NCBI GenBank assembly: GCA_051362555.1
Contig: CM120649.1
Location: forward strand, 17,560,567-17,624,566
Direction of reading: 5' to 3'
Length of the DNA: 64,000 bases
Source of the DNA: Lingula anatina
Lineage: Eukaryota; Animalia; Brachiopoda
Of this stretch, positions 39,945 through 52,518 are shown one piece after another. The position numbers and the translations under genes are program-made. The notes beneath the pieces are model-generated. The model did no database searches. It had not been told where the DNA came from and worked only from the letters and a program-made list of their open reading frames with translations. Within the stretch, counting starts at the first letter, position 1; the number at the start of each line of letters is the position of its first letter.

Positions 39945-41332
39945 CACACACTGGACAAAAGAAGTGTCACCCCTACTGAGCCAATACTATGGGGGAGATA
40001 AATGACTGTGGAATGATATGCTCCTGGTATCATTTTATTAACATCAAATTTCACAAAAAATCACAAAATGAGAACAAAATATACATTCTACCAAAATATG
40101 CAGTTTCAAGTCCAAAATTAGTACTTAGTGGCATAGCCACGTGACCTAATAATAGGTGCCAGTCTACGAAGCAAGGTTTCATGTAATTGTCTGATGCGTT
40201 CAGGACTTATGTTGGCCCAAGCATGAAACACTGAATAAAACAGAGTTTCTCTGCTGGTTAGACGGGCATTTGTGAAAAGTTTTGACGTATCATTCCACAC
40301 ATTTTCTATTATGTTTGCATCCGGACTCTGGGCAGGCCACATCACCCTGCGAATGTCCTGTTGGTCAAACCAATCATCAACTGCTCTGGGCCTGTGACAA
40401 GGAGCATTGTCATCCTGGTGAACAAATGAATAATTCCTGTCACCAAACATGTTAGTAATAGATGGTAGCAAGCCTGACTCCAAAACATCGATATATTTCT
40501 AGTGATTCATGTTTCCATTAACCACTATCAATTCGCCCAAGCCATGGATGCTGATGCAGTCCCACACCATGATGAATATGCTGCTCCGGGTTCGAAAATT
40601 CAGTGCATGTGGTTCAAATGCTTTACCAGCAGTTTGCCAGCATTTTACCCGTCTGTCATCAGAGGTCAGACCAAAGCGACACTCATCAGAAAAAAATATA
40701 TAGGACCAATTGTCATGAACTGTCCAGTTCCAGATCCTGTTGACCCTAGTTTACTCTACGTTGCCTGTTTTGTAACGATATAAGAGGTTTCAGTCTTGCT
40801 ACCCTGCTGTACACTCTCAGAGCATGTAACCGAATCCTAGCAATTTTCACAGACACATTCTTATGTGTGAAATTGTTCCACTGTGTTGTCAACTGACAAG
40901 CAGTGTCGAACTTTGACAACCTGGACATCAAAATCGGTCGTCGGTCTTCACGGCCAGTATTTTTTTCTTGAACGACCCATCAGAGGCAATTTGTCTCTTG
41001 ATCCAGTGTTTCTATACCGAGACCAGACCCTCTGCACGGTTCTGACTGAACAATTCAATTGTATCGATATTCTGACATTGCTTATATTCCGCCTCTTCAG
41101 GTTAATAACTTGCACCTATAACCGTTAGATAATTGCCTGTATCTTGCCATATTGGAGGAAGACAGGAATAACATTTGCTGTACATGTACAAGACCAACAA
41201 TACAATTCCATGGTATAGCGGTTTTATACTCATTAGTCACATTATAAGTAGACCAGGCATTATAAGTACCCAAGATCTGCCTACTTTTATTACTCTGAGG
41301 TAGGGGGTGACACTTCTTTTGTCCAGTGTGTG
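39945..41332 (-). mobile_element. Tc1/mariner (DD34E) DNA transposon, 1388 bp
   Basis: TIR cacacactggacaaaagaagtgtcacccc at both ends with TA TSD. The empty site gtactaggtgtccc is at ~39228. Confidence 0.95.
40118..41150 (-). pseudogene. Tc1 transposase, disrupted by frameshifts and stops
   Basis: Starts MARYRQLSN; contains YIFSDECRF, HQDDNAPCH...(34 aa)...SPDANIIENVW; ends RGYATKY. Confidence 0.9.
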
Positions 41333-44300
41333 TAGGTGTCCCTGTGGGAAGGTTCAATAAACTAGCTGTGCCTGTTAACTATAATGTAGGACTGCATGAG
41401 TACAGTTGTAGGTAGATTGTGAATGTGAAGGTATGTGCCAACCGTTATTTTGAACAGGCTTTACAATGGAGGCCTTTTTACATCCCAGCATACAGAAATT
41501 CGCTGTTATTTTACTTCAACTGACAGGTTTACAACAGTAGGTAACTTTCGCAATTATCGAATACTGAGTATGTTGTTTAAGCCTGTGACCCAATTTGCTC
41601 GAGGTCGTGGCACTCCGTGGTACTGAACTATTATCAAAAAGATAAATATTGTAGACAGAATGTAGCCTTGAAATATGTATGTACTGTAGTTATACAATAG
41701 GTTGTAAAAGTCCTCTGGTTGTGCGTTTCGTACACAAATACTGTACTTTTGCCTGATAACTGTGCGCATTAGGGATACGAAACATCTGGAATTCCCAGCG
41801 TCATTAGAAAAATATATGATATATTCGATAAGATATTAGGAAATACTATAGTGATTTATTTCAATACTGCGGTCAAGTTCTTCGTCTCCACAGATGAAAC
41901 ATTTTTATATATTATACCGCTAGCGTACAATTTGTACTTAGTTTCTATTTGGAAACATTGTATCTATTTATACGTGTTTCCAAGTAAACACTAGCGAGAC
42001 TTTCCCTTCATCACCGCTGCCTAGTAGTACTACAGGTAGGTGTCCCTGTGGGAAGGTTCAATAAACTAGCTGTGCCTGTTAACTATAATGTAGGACTGCA
42101 TGAGTACAGTTGTAGGTAGATTGTGAATGTGAAGGTATGTGCCAACCGTTATTTTGAACAGGCTTTACAATGGAGGCCTTTTTACATCCCAGCATACAGA
42201 AATTCGCTGTTATTTTACTTCAACTGACAGGTTTACAACAGTAGGTAACTTTCGCAATTATCGAATACTGAGTATGTTGTTTAAGCCTGTGACCCAATTT
42301 GCTCGAGGTCGTGGCACTCCGTGGTACTGAACTATTATCAGAAGTTAAATATTGGTAGATAGAGCGGGGCACTGAAATTTGTATGTACTGTAGTTATACA
42401 ATATAGGTTGTAAAAGACTTCATTTTGTACGTTTCGTACACAAATACTGTACTTTTGCTAGAGAACTGCGCGCATTAGGGATACGAAACATCTGGAATTC
42501 CCAGCGTCACTAGAAAAAAAAAATATGATATCTCCGATAAGATATAAGGAAGTATTATAGTGATTTATCTAAATAATGTGGTCAAGTTCCAGATGATGAT
42601 CGATACAAATCTTATATTTTATTTTGTTTATTTTATACAACTAGCACGTAAAAGTGAAAAGTTTCTCTTTGGAAACATATATTGTATCTATTTATACGTG
42701 TTGCCAAGTAAACACAAGCGGGACTTTCCCTTCGTCCCCACTGCCTAGTAGTACAGTACTAGGTGTCTCAGTAGCAAGGTTAGCTAAAGTTGAATAAACT
42801 GACTGTGCTTCTAAACTTTAATGTAGGAGTGTATGCGTGCAGTTGTAGATACATGTAGAGTGTGGATGTGAAGGTTTATTTTACACTAAATATTATGATG
42901 TGCCAACCGTTATTTTGAACAGATTTTATAATGGAAGCCTCTTTCACATCCTAGCATTCTATATGCTGAGAATGACATTTGTGTGAAGCCTTATAGAGTC
43001 ACTCTTATTTCAATTTATCATATAATTTTAATCAAACAATTTATCACATGACATTGACCTTTTGTTTATCTTATTTTTTCCATATTTATTTATTTATTTA
43101 TTTATTTCCATATACTTTATGAGAGTTTCCATATACTTTATGAGATTGAGAGAGATGTACCTAACAGTAGTAGAGGTCAAAGCTGTGACCGTGAGTGCAC
43201 GTACATGTTTACTTTATGGGAATTATTTGTACCATGTAATACAAATGCTTTATATTTGAAAGAACAATTAATGGATGAAAGCTGGTTTATTAAAAAAAAG
43301 AAAGTCAAATTTTAAAGATAAGTAAACTTTGAATTCCAATTTGAAACATTCCGCACACTGTAAAAGCACTGTTAAATCTGAGGGATAGCACGTGGCCCCT
43401 CTTGAGCTCTGTTGGGGGATTCCCCCTGGAAATACCATTCGTCATCTTGGACCAGATCAAATCTGCGACAGGAAGGTGAGTGAAGGCTGGGGATATTTCA
43501 TCCATTTTACCTAGATTATTTCCCAGATGTACATTTTTACGTGTTAACTAACTTCCTAGGGTTGATAAGATATGGAACCCACTGTAGTTTACCTCAACTG
43601 TATAATAATAATAAGCTGTTGTACAAAAATTTGCGCTGCTCGCATATTAGGATGCGAAACATCTGGAATTCCCACCTTCAGTAGGAAAAATGATCCCTCA
43701 GATAGGCTATAGGGAAAGACTTAGGTGATTGATTTCAATACTGTGATAAAATCCTTCGTCTCCAGATGATGCACATGTAGTTGCTCTGTTTTATTTTTCC
43801 ACTTTTAAGATCGATGGCACAGTTACCATTAGTTTCTCTTTAGAAATATTATGTCCAAAACAAGTAAACACAATGGGGACTTCCCCGTTATCACCGTGGC
43901 CCAGCTTTGATAGGTGTGTCTCGGTAGCAGCTTCGTGTTATGATACATATAAATATGAACAGATCAACGTACATATCAACAACATTTTACTCCGGAATAT
44001 CGCTGTGACGTTCATATCACACGTGTTTATTGACTTCAAGCATTAGGGAAGATATGGAAATTCACTGTTATTTTACTTCAACCAGCAGGTTAAAAACAGT
44101 AGATAACTTTCGCCATTATTGAATATGTTGTTCAACCTGTGACCCAGTTTACTCGAGGTCGTGGCACTCCGTGGTACTGAACTATTATCAAAAAGATAAA
44201 CATTGAAAGATAGAGCGGGGCACTGAAATATGTATGTACTGTAGTTATACAATATAGGTTGTTAAAGACCTCTGTTTGTGCGTTTCGTACACAAATAATG

Positions 44301-44339
44301 TGCTTTTGCTTGAGAACTGCTCGCATTAGGGAACATCAG

Positions 44340-45216
44340 GGGCCCATATATCTCGAAAGCTTCTCTATGTTGCGAGCGGGCACGGGCATGGCGATTCCGC
44401 ACTATTAGCGAGTGCGATTACACCCACCTGCTATCTCGAAGCCTTAACAAACGTAACGCAATTGTAACCTCAAACTCTACTAAAATCCGATTGCCGCATA
44501 AAGTGAAGACGTCATAACACAATTACAAAAATTTTTTTTTTCACTTTGACGCTAATCAAGAGGTTGTTTTTATTTATAGGAATATCATAATTACAAATAC
44601 TGATATTTGAAGTGTTTGACACCAATTAAATGTCAAAAAACAATTTAATAAGCGAATCTTGGACTGACACAATTACTGACACATTGGTGAGTAGTGTTCA
44701 GTCTCACAATAATAGACATTGAGGAAGGTCACGGTGCGACCGAATGCTTTGTTTCTGCTTTTTCATTTTGTGTAGAAAATGACACTTTTAAATTTATGAT
44801 TATTATCAATAGACTACACAGATTAATTACATTCATCAGAAAATATAAAATGATGCATAAAATGTTTAATTTTGTAAGTTTTATTCAAAATAAAACGTAA
44901 CTTAAGCATTCTTCACGTGAATATTTGCCGTAAGTTTTTCTATCGGAGGTACCGAGTGATTCAATCTATTATAAGCTTCCATGTTTTGGTATGTGTTTTG
45001 TTATATGCTATCGAAAGACACATTAAAATGACGAATTATGCATACGCAGAGGCCATTGCGACTAGTTTGTATCGCCGCAAAAATAGCCTCGAAACTAATG
45101 GTGATTTCGCTATTAGCGCACGGTCGAGCTTTGCGAGGCTTTCGAGAGATGGGATAGCGAGGAATCGCCATGCTTGCGCCCGCTCGCCAAAAGCAAAGCT
45201 TTCGAGATACGGGGTC
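44340..45216. mobile_element. PIF/Harbinger-type non-autonomous element (~880 bp), related to the 148-bp MITEs
   Basis: Imperfect TIRs (...tatctcgaaagctt / aagctttcgagatac...) flanked by CAG/CTG inside the unit motif gaaacatctggaatt. It shares aatagcctcgaaa...ggtga...gctatt with the MITE at ~14385. Confidence 0.75.
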
Positions 45217-46029
45217 CTGGAATTTTTCCACTGTCATAAGAAAGAGATATATGAACTGTCCGATAACATATATGAGGAAATACTGTAGTGATTTATTTCA
45301 ATAGGCCTACTGTGGTCAGGTTCTTCTTCTCCAGATGATACAACATTTATCATGTTTAATTCTATTTATTTCATACCGATAGCACGTATATAGTTTTTCT
45401 CTGAAAACATTGTATCTATTTATACGTGTATAGACAAGCGGGACTTTGCCATCATCCCCGCTGCCTAGTAGTAGGGGCCTACTAGGTGTCCCAGCAGTAA
45501 GGTTAGCTAATTAAGAATATACTGGCTGTGCTTGTTAAGTGCAATGTGCAGTTGTAGGTAGATTGTGAATGTGAATGTGAAGGCTTGTTTTCCACAAAAT
45601 TTTGATATGTGTCAGCGGTAATTTTGAACAGGGTTACGACAACGGACGCCCTTTTACAGCCTAATATTCCATACGCTGATAATGACATTTGTGTGAAGCC
45701 TTACAGAGTCACTCTAATTTCAATTAATCAAATAATTTCATTAAAAACTGTTAATCATTTTCGAAATTTATCACAAAACATTGACCTTTTGTTTATTTTA
45801 TTTGTCCATATTTATTTATTTATTTATATTTGGTCGGGGTGAAAGGTGAAGAAAATCTCCCTCTGGCAATTACCATGTAAAGGCATTTCAAAATATGCAT
45901 TACCTGTTTATCTGTGTCTGGTGCTTATCATGTGAATATAGAAAATGGATAATAACCATTCCAGGTGGACTGTGCAAACCACGCCTGCAGTAAGAGGTCA
46001 CTGTGTTTCCAACATACAGTCTCATAAGA

Positions 46030-49000
46030 ATGTACCCACTCCACAGGGCTGCAAAGAGTGGTGATATCAACAAAGTGCGGGGACTGTTAGAGACTGGAGC
46101 ATGGGACGAGAGGACGGAGGAATGGGGTGTAAGTTTGCCTGTCTTGAGATCAATAATGAAAAGTAGTTGCTCTCATACTACTTGATAGCTTTATGGAATA
46201 TAATTAGTCATTAAAATTAATATAATAAAATAAGGTATATGTATACGTGCTATTACAGAATGCATTTATAAATACCGAGTATATAACAGGTATTGCATTG
46301 AATAGAAGCTTTTTATATATCAGCTGAAAAACGATAAGCTTCATCTCCGATGTATTATAAACACCCCGTTTTCAAACACCGTCATAAAATAGACCTCCTC
46401 TACACTGCGATAATTATGGTGTTGAACGTCTGACATAAATCCTGGGGAACACTAATGTTGAATTAATTAGTAAATTGATCAATTAGATAATTTATTTATT
46501 ATGCTAATGCCGTGATAGGATATGAAAACAGTAGCTTCGGAGTAGTCATACTCCTTTTCATAACGCTGCTTATGGTGTAGACGCAACGTCGAATTTAGTC
46601 TTACCTGATCGTAAGGAAAAAACTACGGGCACACTTCTTAATGGTTTATATTTATTTATTCATTTATGTCACTGACATGTCGTAATAATGGTCCAATGAC
46701 ATAATCGTGGACCTAAAAACTTCTGCATCTTTAGGGTGGTTGGGCACCTCTTCATTTTGCTGCTGAGGGTGGTCACAGCGATGTAGCAGCTCTACTCATT
46801 CAGCACGGAGCTGATCCCTGCAGTACAGACGGGGTAGGTATATACATTTTATTTGAAATATATATGTTACATATGACAATGCATGAAACAGTTCTGACAA
46901 ATACACGCATCAAACGCCACGTCCACTTAATACATAACCAAAACGCCACACTCACTAACGCTGTCTGTATGCTGCTGTTAACATGGCAGTGTAGATCTAG
47001 AGATAGATGCACAACTAGAGGAGAGATTATATATATATACCACAAACATTTCCAACCCTATATTAAAACTGCATTTTATTTAATTTCATTTTAATATCAA
47101 ATTTATACATCGTTATTTTGTCTTTATGGTATATCGTTCATACGAAAACACTGTTCATCTTCAGGAGGGTAGTACACCTCTTCATAAGGCTGCTGAGGGT
47201 GGTCACAGTGATGTAGCAGTTCTACTCATTCAGCACGGAGCTGATCCCTGCAGTACAGACTGGGTGGGTATTTGTATTTTATTTGAAATATTTGTTATAT
47301 ATTGTAATGCATGAAACATAGTTCTGCCAATTACATGTATCAATCACAATGTCCTCTTAAATATAAACAAAACTCCACAATCACTGTCAAGCTGTCAATA
47401 TGCTGCTGTTATAAACATGGCAGTGTAGATCATGTAGACTGTTTCACAAATAAGTCAGAGATTACACCACAAACTTTTCAACATTTAATTAAAATGCATT
47501 TTATTTCAATATCAATTATACATCATGACTTTGTCTTTGTGGTATATCGTTAAAATGAAAATATTTGTATATATTTTTAGTTTGGACGTACACCTCTTCA
47601 TAAGGCTGCTGGGGGTGGTCACAGCGATGTAGCAGCTCTACTCATTCAGCACGGAGCTGATCCCTGCAGTACAGACGTGGTAGGTATATATATTTTATTT
47701 GAAATATTTGTTATATATTGTAATGCATGATACATAGTTCTGTCAATTACACGTATCAAACACAATGTCCTCTTAATATATAACCAAAACGCAAAACTCA
47801 CTAACGCTGTCTATATATATGCTGCTGTTATAAACATGGCAGTGTAGATCATGTAGACAGTTTCACAAATAAGACAGAGATTACACCACAAACTTTTCAA
47901 CATTTAATTAAAGCGCATTTTATTTTAATATTAATTATACATCATGACTTTGTGGCATATCATTAAATTGAAAGCATTGTGTATGTCTTTAGTGGGGTCG
48001 TACACCTCTTCATTATGCTGCTGGGGGTGGTCATAGCGATGTAGCAGCTCTACTCATTCAGCACGGAGCTGATCTCTGCAGTACAGACAGGGTAGGTATA
48101 TGTATTTTATTTGAAATATTTGTTATATATTGTTATGCATGATACATAGGTCTGTCAAATACATGTATCAAACACAATGTCCTCTTAATATAACCAAAAC
48201 TCCACAATCACTATCGAGCTGTGTTTAATATGCTGCTGTTATATACATGACAGTGTAGATCATGTAGACAGTTTCACAAATAAGACAGAGATTACACCAC
48301 AAACTTTTCAACATTTAATTAAAGCGCATTTTATTTTAATGTAAATTTTGCATCATGACTTTGTCTTTGTGGTATATCGTTAAAATGAAAACATTGTATA
48401 TGTCTTTAGCGGGTACGTACACCTCTTCATTACGCTGCTAATGGTGGTCACAGTGATGTAGCAGCTCTACTCATTCAGCTTGGAGCTGATCCTTGCAGTC
48501 CGGACGAGGTAGGTATATATATTTTATTTGAATATATGTTACATGTTGCAATGCATGAAACATAGTTCTGCATATTACATGTATTAAACACAATGTCCTC
48601 TTTTATTAAAATGTATAATCAAAACCACACTCACTAACGCTGTCCTATGCTGCTGTTATAAACATGGCAGTGTAGATCATGTAGACAGTTTCACAACTAG
48701 AAGAGAGATAACACCACAAACTTTTTCGACATTTAATTAAAATGTTTTATGTTAATATCAATTATACATCATGACTTTATCTTTGTGGTATATCGTTAAA
48801 ATGAAAACATAGTATATGTCTTTAGTGTGGACGTACACCACTTCATGACGCTGCTAAGGGTGGTCACAGCGATGTAGTAGCTCTACTCATTCAGCACGGA
48901 GCTGATCCCTGCAGTATAGGCTGGGTAGGTATATGTATTTTATTTGAAATATTTGTTATATATTGTAATGCATAATACATAGTTCTTCTAATTACATGTA

Positions 49001-51215
49001 TCAAACAAAATGTCCTCTTAATATATAACCAAAACGCAACACTCACTAACGCTGTATATAGGCCCTATATATGCTGCTGTTATAAACATGCCAGTGTATA
49101 TCATGTAGATTGTTTCACAAATGAGACAAATATTACACCACAAACTTTTCAACATTTTATTAAAATTCATTTTATTTAAATATCAATTATACATCATGAC
49201 TTTGCCTTTGTGGTATATCGTTAAAATGAAAATATTTGTATGTCTTTAGTGTGGACGTACACCTCTTCACTACGCTGCTGGGGGTGGTCACAGCGATGTA
49301 GCAACTCTACTTATTCAGCACGGAGCTGATCCCTGCAGTACAGACAGGGTAGGTATATGTATTTTATTTGAAATATTTGTTATATATTGTAATGCATGAT
49401 ACATAGTTCTGCCAATTACATGTATCAAACACAATGTCCTCTTAATATATAACCAAAACTCAAAACTCACTAACGCTGTCTATATATATGCTGCTGTTAT
49501 AAACATGGCAGTGTAGATCATGTAGACAGTTTCACAAATAAGACAGAGATTACACCACAAACTTTTCAACGTTTAATTAAAATGCAATTTATTTTAATAT
49601 CAGGTATACATCATGACTTTGTGGTATATCGTTAAAATGAAAATATTTGTATATGTCTTTAGTGGCGATGTACACCTCTTCATAACGCTGCTGAGGGTAG
49701 TCACAGCGATGTAGCAGCTCTACTCATTCAGCACGGAGCTGATCCCTGCAGTACAGACTGTGTGGGTATATGTATTTTATTTGAAATATTTGTTATATAT
49801 TGTAATGCATGAAACATAGTTCTGTCAAATACATGTATCAAACACAGTGTCCTCTTAATATATAACCAAAACGCAACACTCACTAACGCTGTCTATATAT
49901 ATATACATATATTTATGCTGCTGTTACCTGTATAAACATGGCAGTGTAGATCATGTAGACAGTTGCACAAATAAGACAGGGATTACACCAAAAACTTTTC
50001 AACATTAAATTAAAATGCATTTTATTTTTATATTAATTATACGTCTAGACTTTGTCTTTGTGGTATATCGTTAAAATGTAAATATTTGTATATGTCTTTA
50101 GGGTGGACGTACACCTCTTTATAACGCTGCTAAAGGTGGTCACAGTGATGAAGCAGCTCTACTCTTTCAGCACGGAGCTGATCCCTGCAGTACAGATGGG
50201 GTAGCTATACATATTTGTATTTGTAATGTATGTTTTATAGTGCGATACATGAAACTTGGCTCTGCTAAATACATGAATTCATCGCCACGTCCACTTAACA
50301 TATAACCAAAACGCAATATCCGCTATCGCTGTCTATATATGCTGCTGTTATAAACATGGCAGGGTAGATCAAGAAATAGTAGCACATCTAGATTAAGAGA
50401 GATTGTGCCACAAACTTTGTCAAACTTTTATTGTAAATGCATTTTATTTCATTTCATTTTAACATCAATTATACATCATGACTTTGTCTTTATGGTATAT
50501 CATTTAAATGAAAATATGGTGTATCTTTAGCGTAAGCGTACACCTCTTCATGAGGCTGCTAATGGTGGTCACAACGATGTAGCAGCTCTACTCATGTTAT
50601 TTACTCATCTTTTAAAGATGGTTTTAGTAAATAAATAAATATAATACAGTTGAGTTGGACGCCTTTTTATTGAGCTGCTGCAGGTAGGGATAGTCACAGT
50701 GACAGATTGCATGGCATAAACAATGGAAAATTTAAACGTTTTTATAATTTTTTATTAGCATTAAAACTACATGTGCACAGAAAAAGGCTAACTCTGACAT
50801 CTAGAGTTACTGTTCCGTACTTTGACATATGTAAATGTACTGTACTGGTTCGTTTTATATTAAATTTCATTACAACATTCATGTGTGTATTGTAGTATGA
50901 TAAACTTACCAGTACATGTGTACCAGAGAGAAACCAGGTGTTGGCAACACTTTTAAAGAAATTCGAGAATCGACTAGTACAGGTGAGCATACTTTGTTAC
51001 GTTATGTTAACTATTTAAGACATCAGGTCTTTTATCCAGGGAAAGGGGTTGATATATCCCTGTACGTGTGCGTGTACAATTTTTTTTTTTTGAAAATTCA
51101 GCCAGGGGATGTCCGACCCCTCTTAATCTGCCAACACGTCGATATTTCGTTCTCCACACATACGTGTTGAGGACAGTTAAAGCAAATTGTACTATTTTAG
51201 AACGCAAAGTACTAC

Positions 51216-51246
<31 letters not shown>

Positions 51247-52474
51247 TCAGAACAGCGCATGCAAATTTTAATTACTCAAATTGCACACGTCCACTTGCGT
51301 TATATAATTATATGTAAGGTTATAAAACGAGTCGAGTGCACAAGTAAAGCGACTCCATTAAATTAATGTCTGGGGTTCATTATTGTGAACTGAACAACAT
51401 GGCATACAACTCTCAATATATTGGTTCCCTGCCCATCAATTGCAGGTTCTTTATTGGTGATTACCGTAGCCAGATATATCAATGGTTTTGTGAAAATTGT
51501 CACAATGAAATTTATTGAATCGAGTTCATGAAGATTTTAAAAAAATATATCCCATCATTATTGGCAAGAGTGTAGGATATCTAGATTAGTTTTAAATATT
51601 AAAGGTAATTGTAATCCTTTATTTTCATCCAGATGATATATTTGTCAATGTTAATTTAGTCACTGAACACTGTTCAAAGATATATGATATCTGTTACCCA
51701 AAAGAATGCATGCAATGCAGCAAATAAGGAGTTTGGGGCGAAGGTTGACAATATCCTTATACATTCTACAAACACTAAAATATTACTTAATTTTTTAGGA
51801 GTCGGCAGCTAACAAAAGCTCTGTGTTATAACTTTATCTTCCAGAACTTCATCCTCATCATGTCTTTGGAACATGTTGCCAGTACAATGAATATTGTTGA
51901 GGCTAGTACTCTTTTCAAAGAAGACATGAGTCGCCATTTCCCAAGAGAACGTCATAACAAGAAGTTAGAAATGTTGAGGAATTGGGCAGACGCTTATGGA
52001 ATTAAATCTCTCCAAGAGTTAAAGAGGAGATTGGCGGAGGCAGGTTGTCTAAACTTGGCTGGTGAGTGATAGATATCTGAAAATTATGAGTACATGTACA
52101 GGTACTTCCATTTACTTGTAGGAATATTTGCATGTTTACCACGGCATGTTTAAGTTTTTAAAGCAATACTAGTATATATATCACATACATTTAAATGTTT
52201 TAATTAAACATACAGCAGTCAAAGGAACACCCACTATTAATAGATATACCTGTTCTATAGCGGCGGCTGCAAAGCACTATGCTGAGATCGTCAAAGAGAT
52301 TATGGAAATGCCCGACGAATGCTACCAAGCATTTTGTCAAGATCCCATGTCACACCGACACATGATATCATCGGCGGCCTCTCCCACAGAACAGAGATGT
52401 GAAATTAGGTATATATGATGCACAAGTGTGTGTGTAAACGTGTGTGTTTATGTGCGCCCGCGCGCGTGTGTAAA

Positions 52475-52518
<44 letters not shown>

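Larger units (their letters stand above)
38578..45450. promoter_or_regulatory. Cluster of NF-kB/Rel-type sites, several next to forkhead GTAAACA motifs
   Basis: GGGACTTTCC at 39206 and 42720; GGGACATTCC at 39908; GGGGACTTCCCC at 43875; GGGGATTCCC at 38578 and 43415; TGGAATTCCC at ~38997, ~39690, ~41787, ~42493 and ~43664. Confidence 0.6.
38640..45830. repeat. Tandem non-coding ~670-700-bp units (about 5-6 copies) upstream of the ankyrin-TIR gene
   Basis: ctgttattttactt at ~38738, ~39408, ~41503, ~42206 and ~44066. The stretch 41334-41637 is essentially identical to 42038-42340. Confidence 0.9.

Noticed and set aside
38750-45850. Repeated short ORFs (e.g. MPTVILNRLYNGG...) in the ~700-bp units
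   Set aside because: Frames are not preserved between units and there is no domain signal or splice pattern. Treated as non-coding.
46735-50600. CRISPR-like repeat/spacer appearance
   Set aside because: The units are ~420-bp exon+intron duplications with homologous rather than unique spacers. The context is eukaryotic and there are no cas genes.
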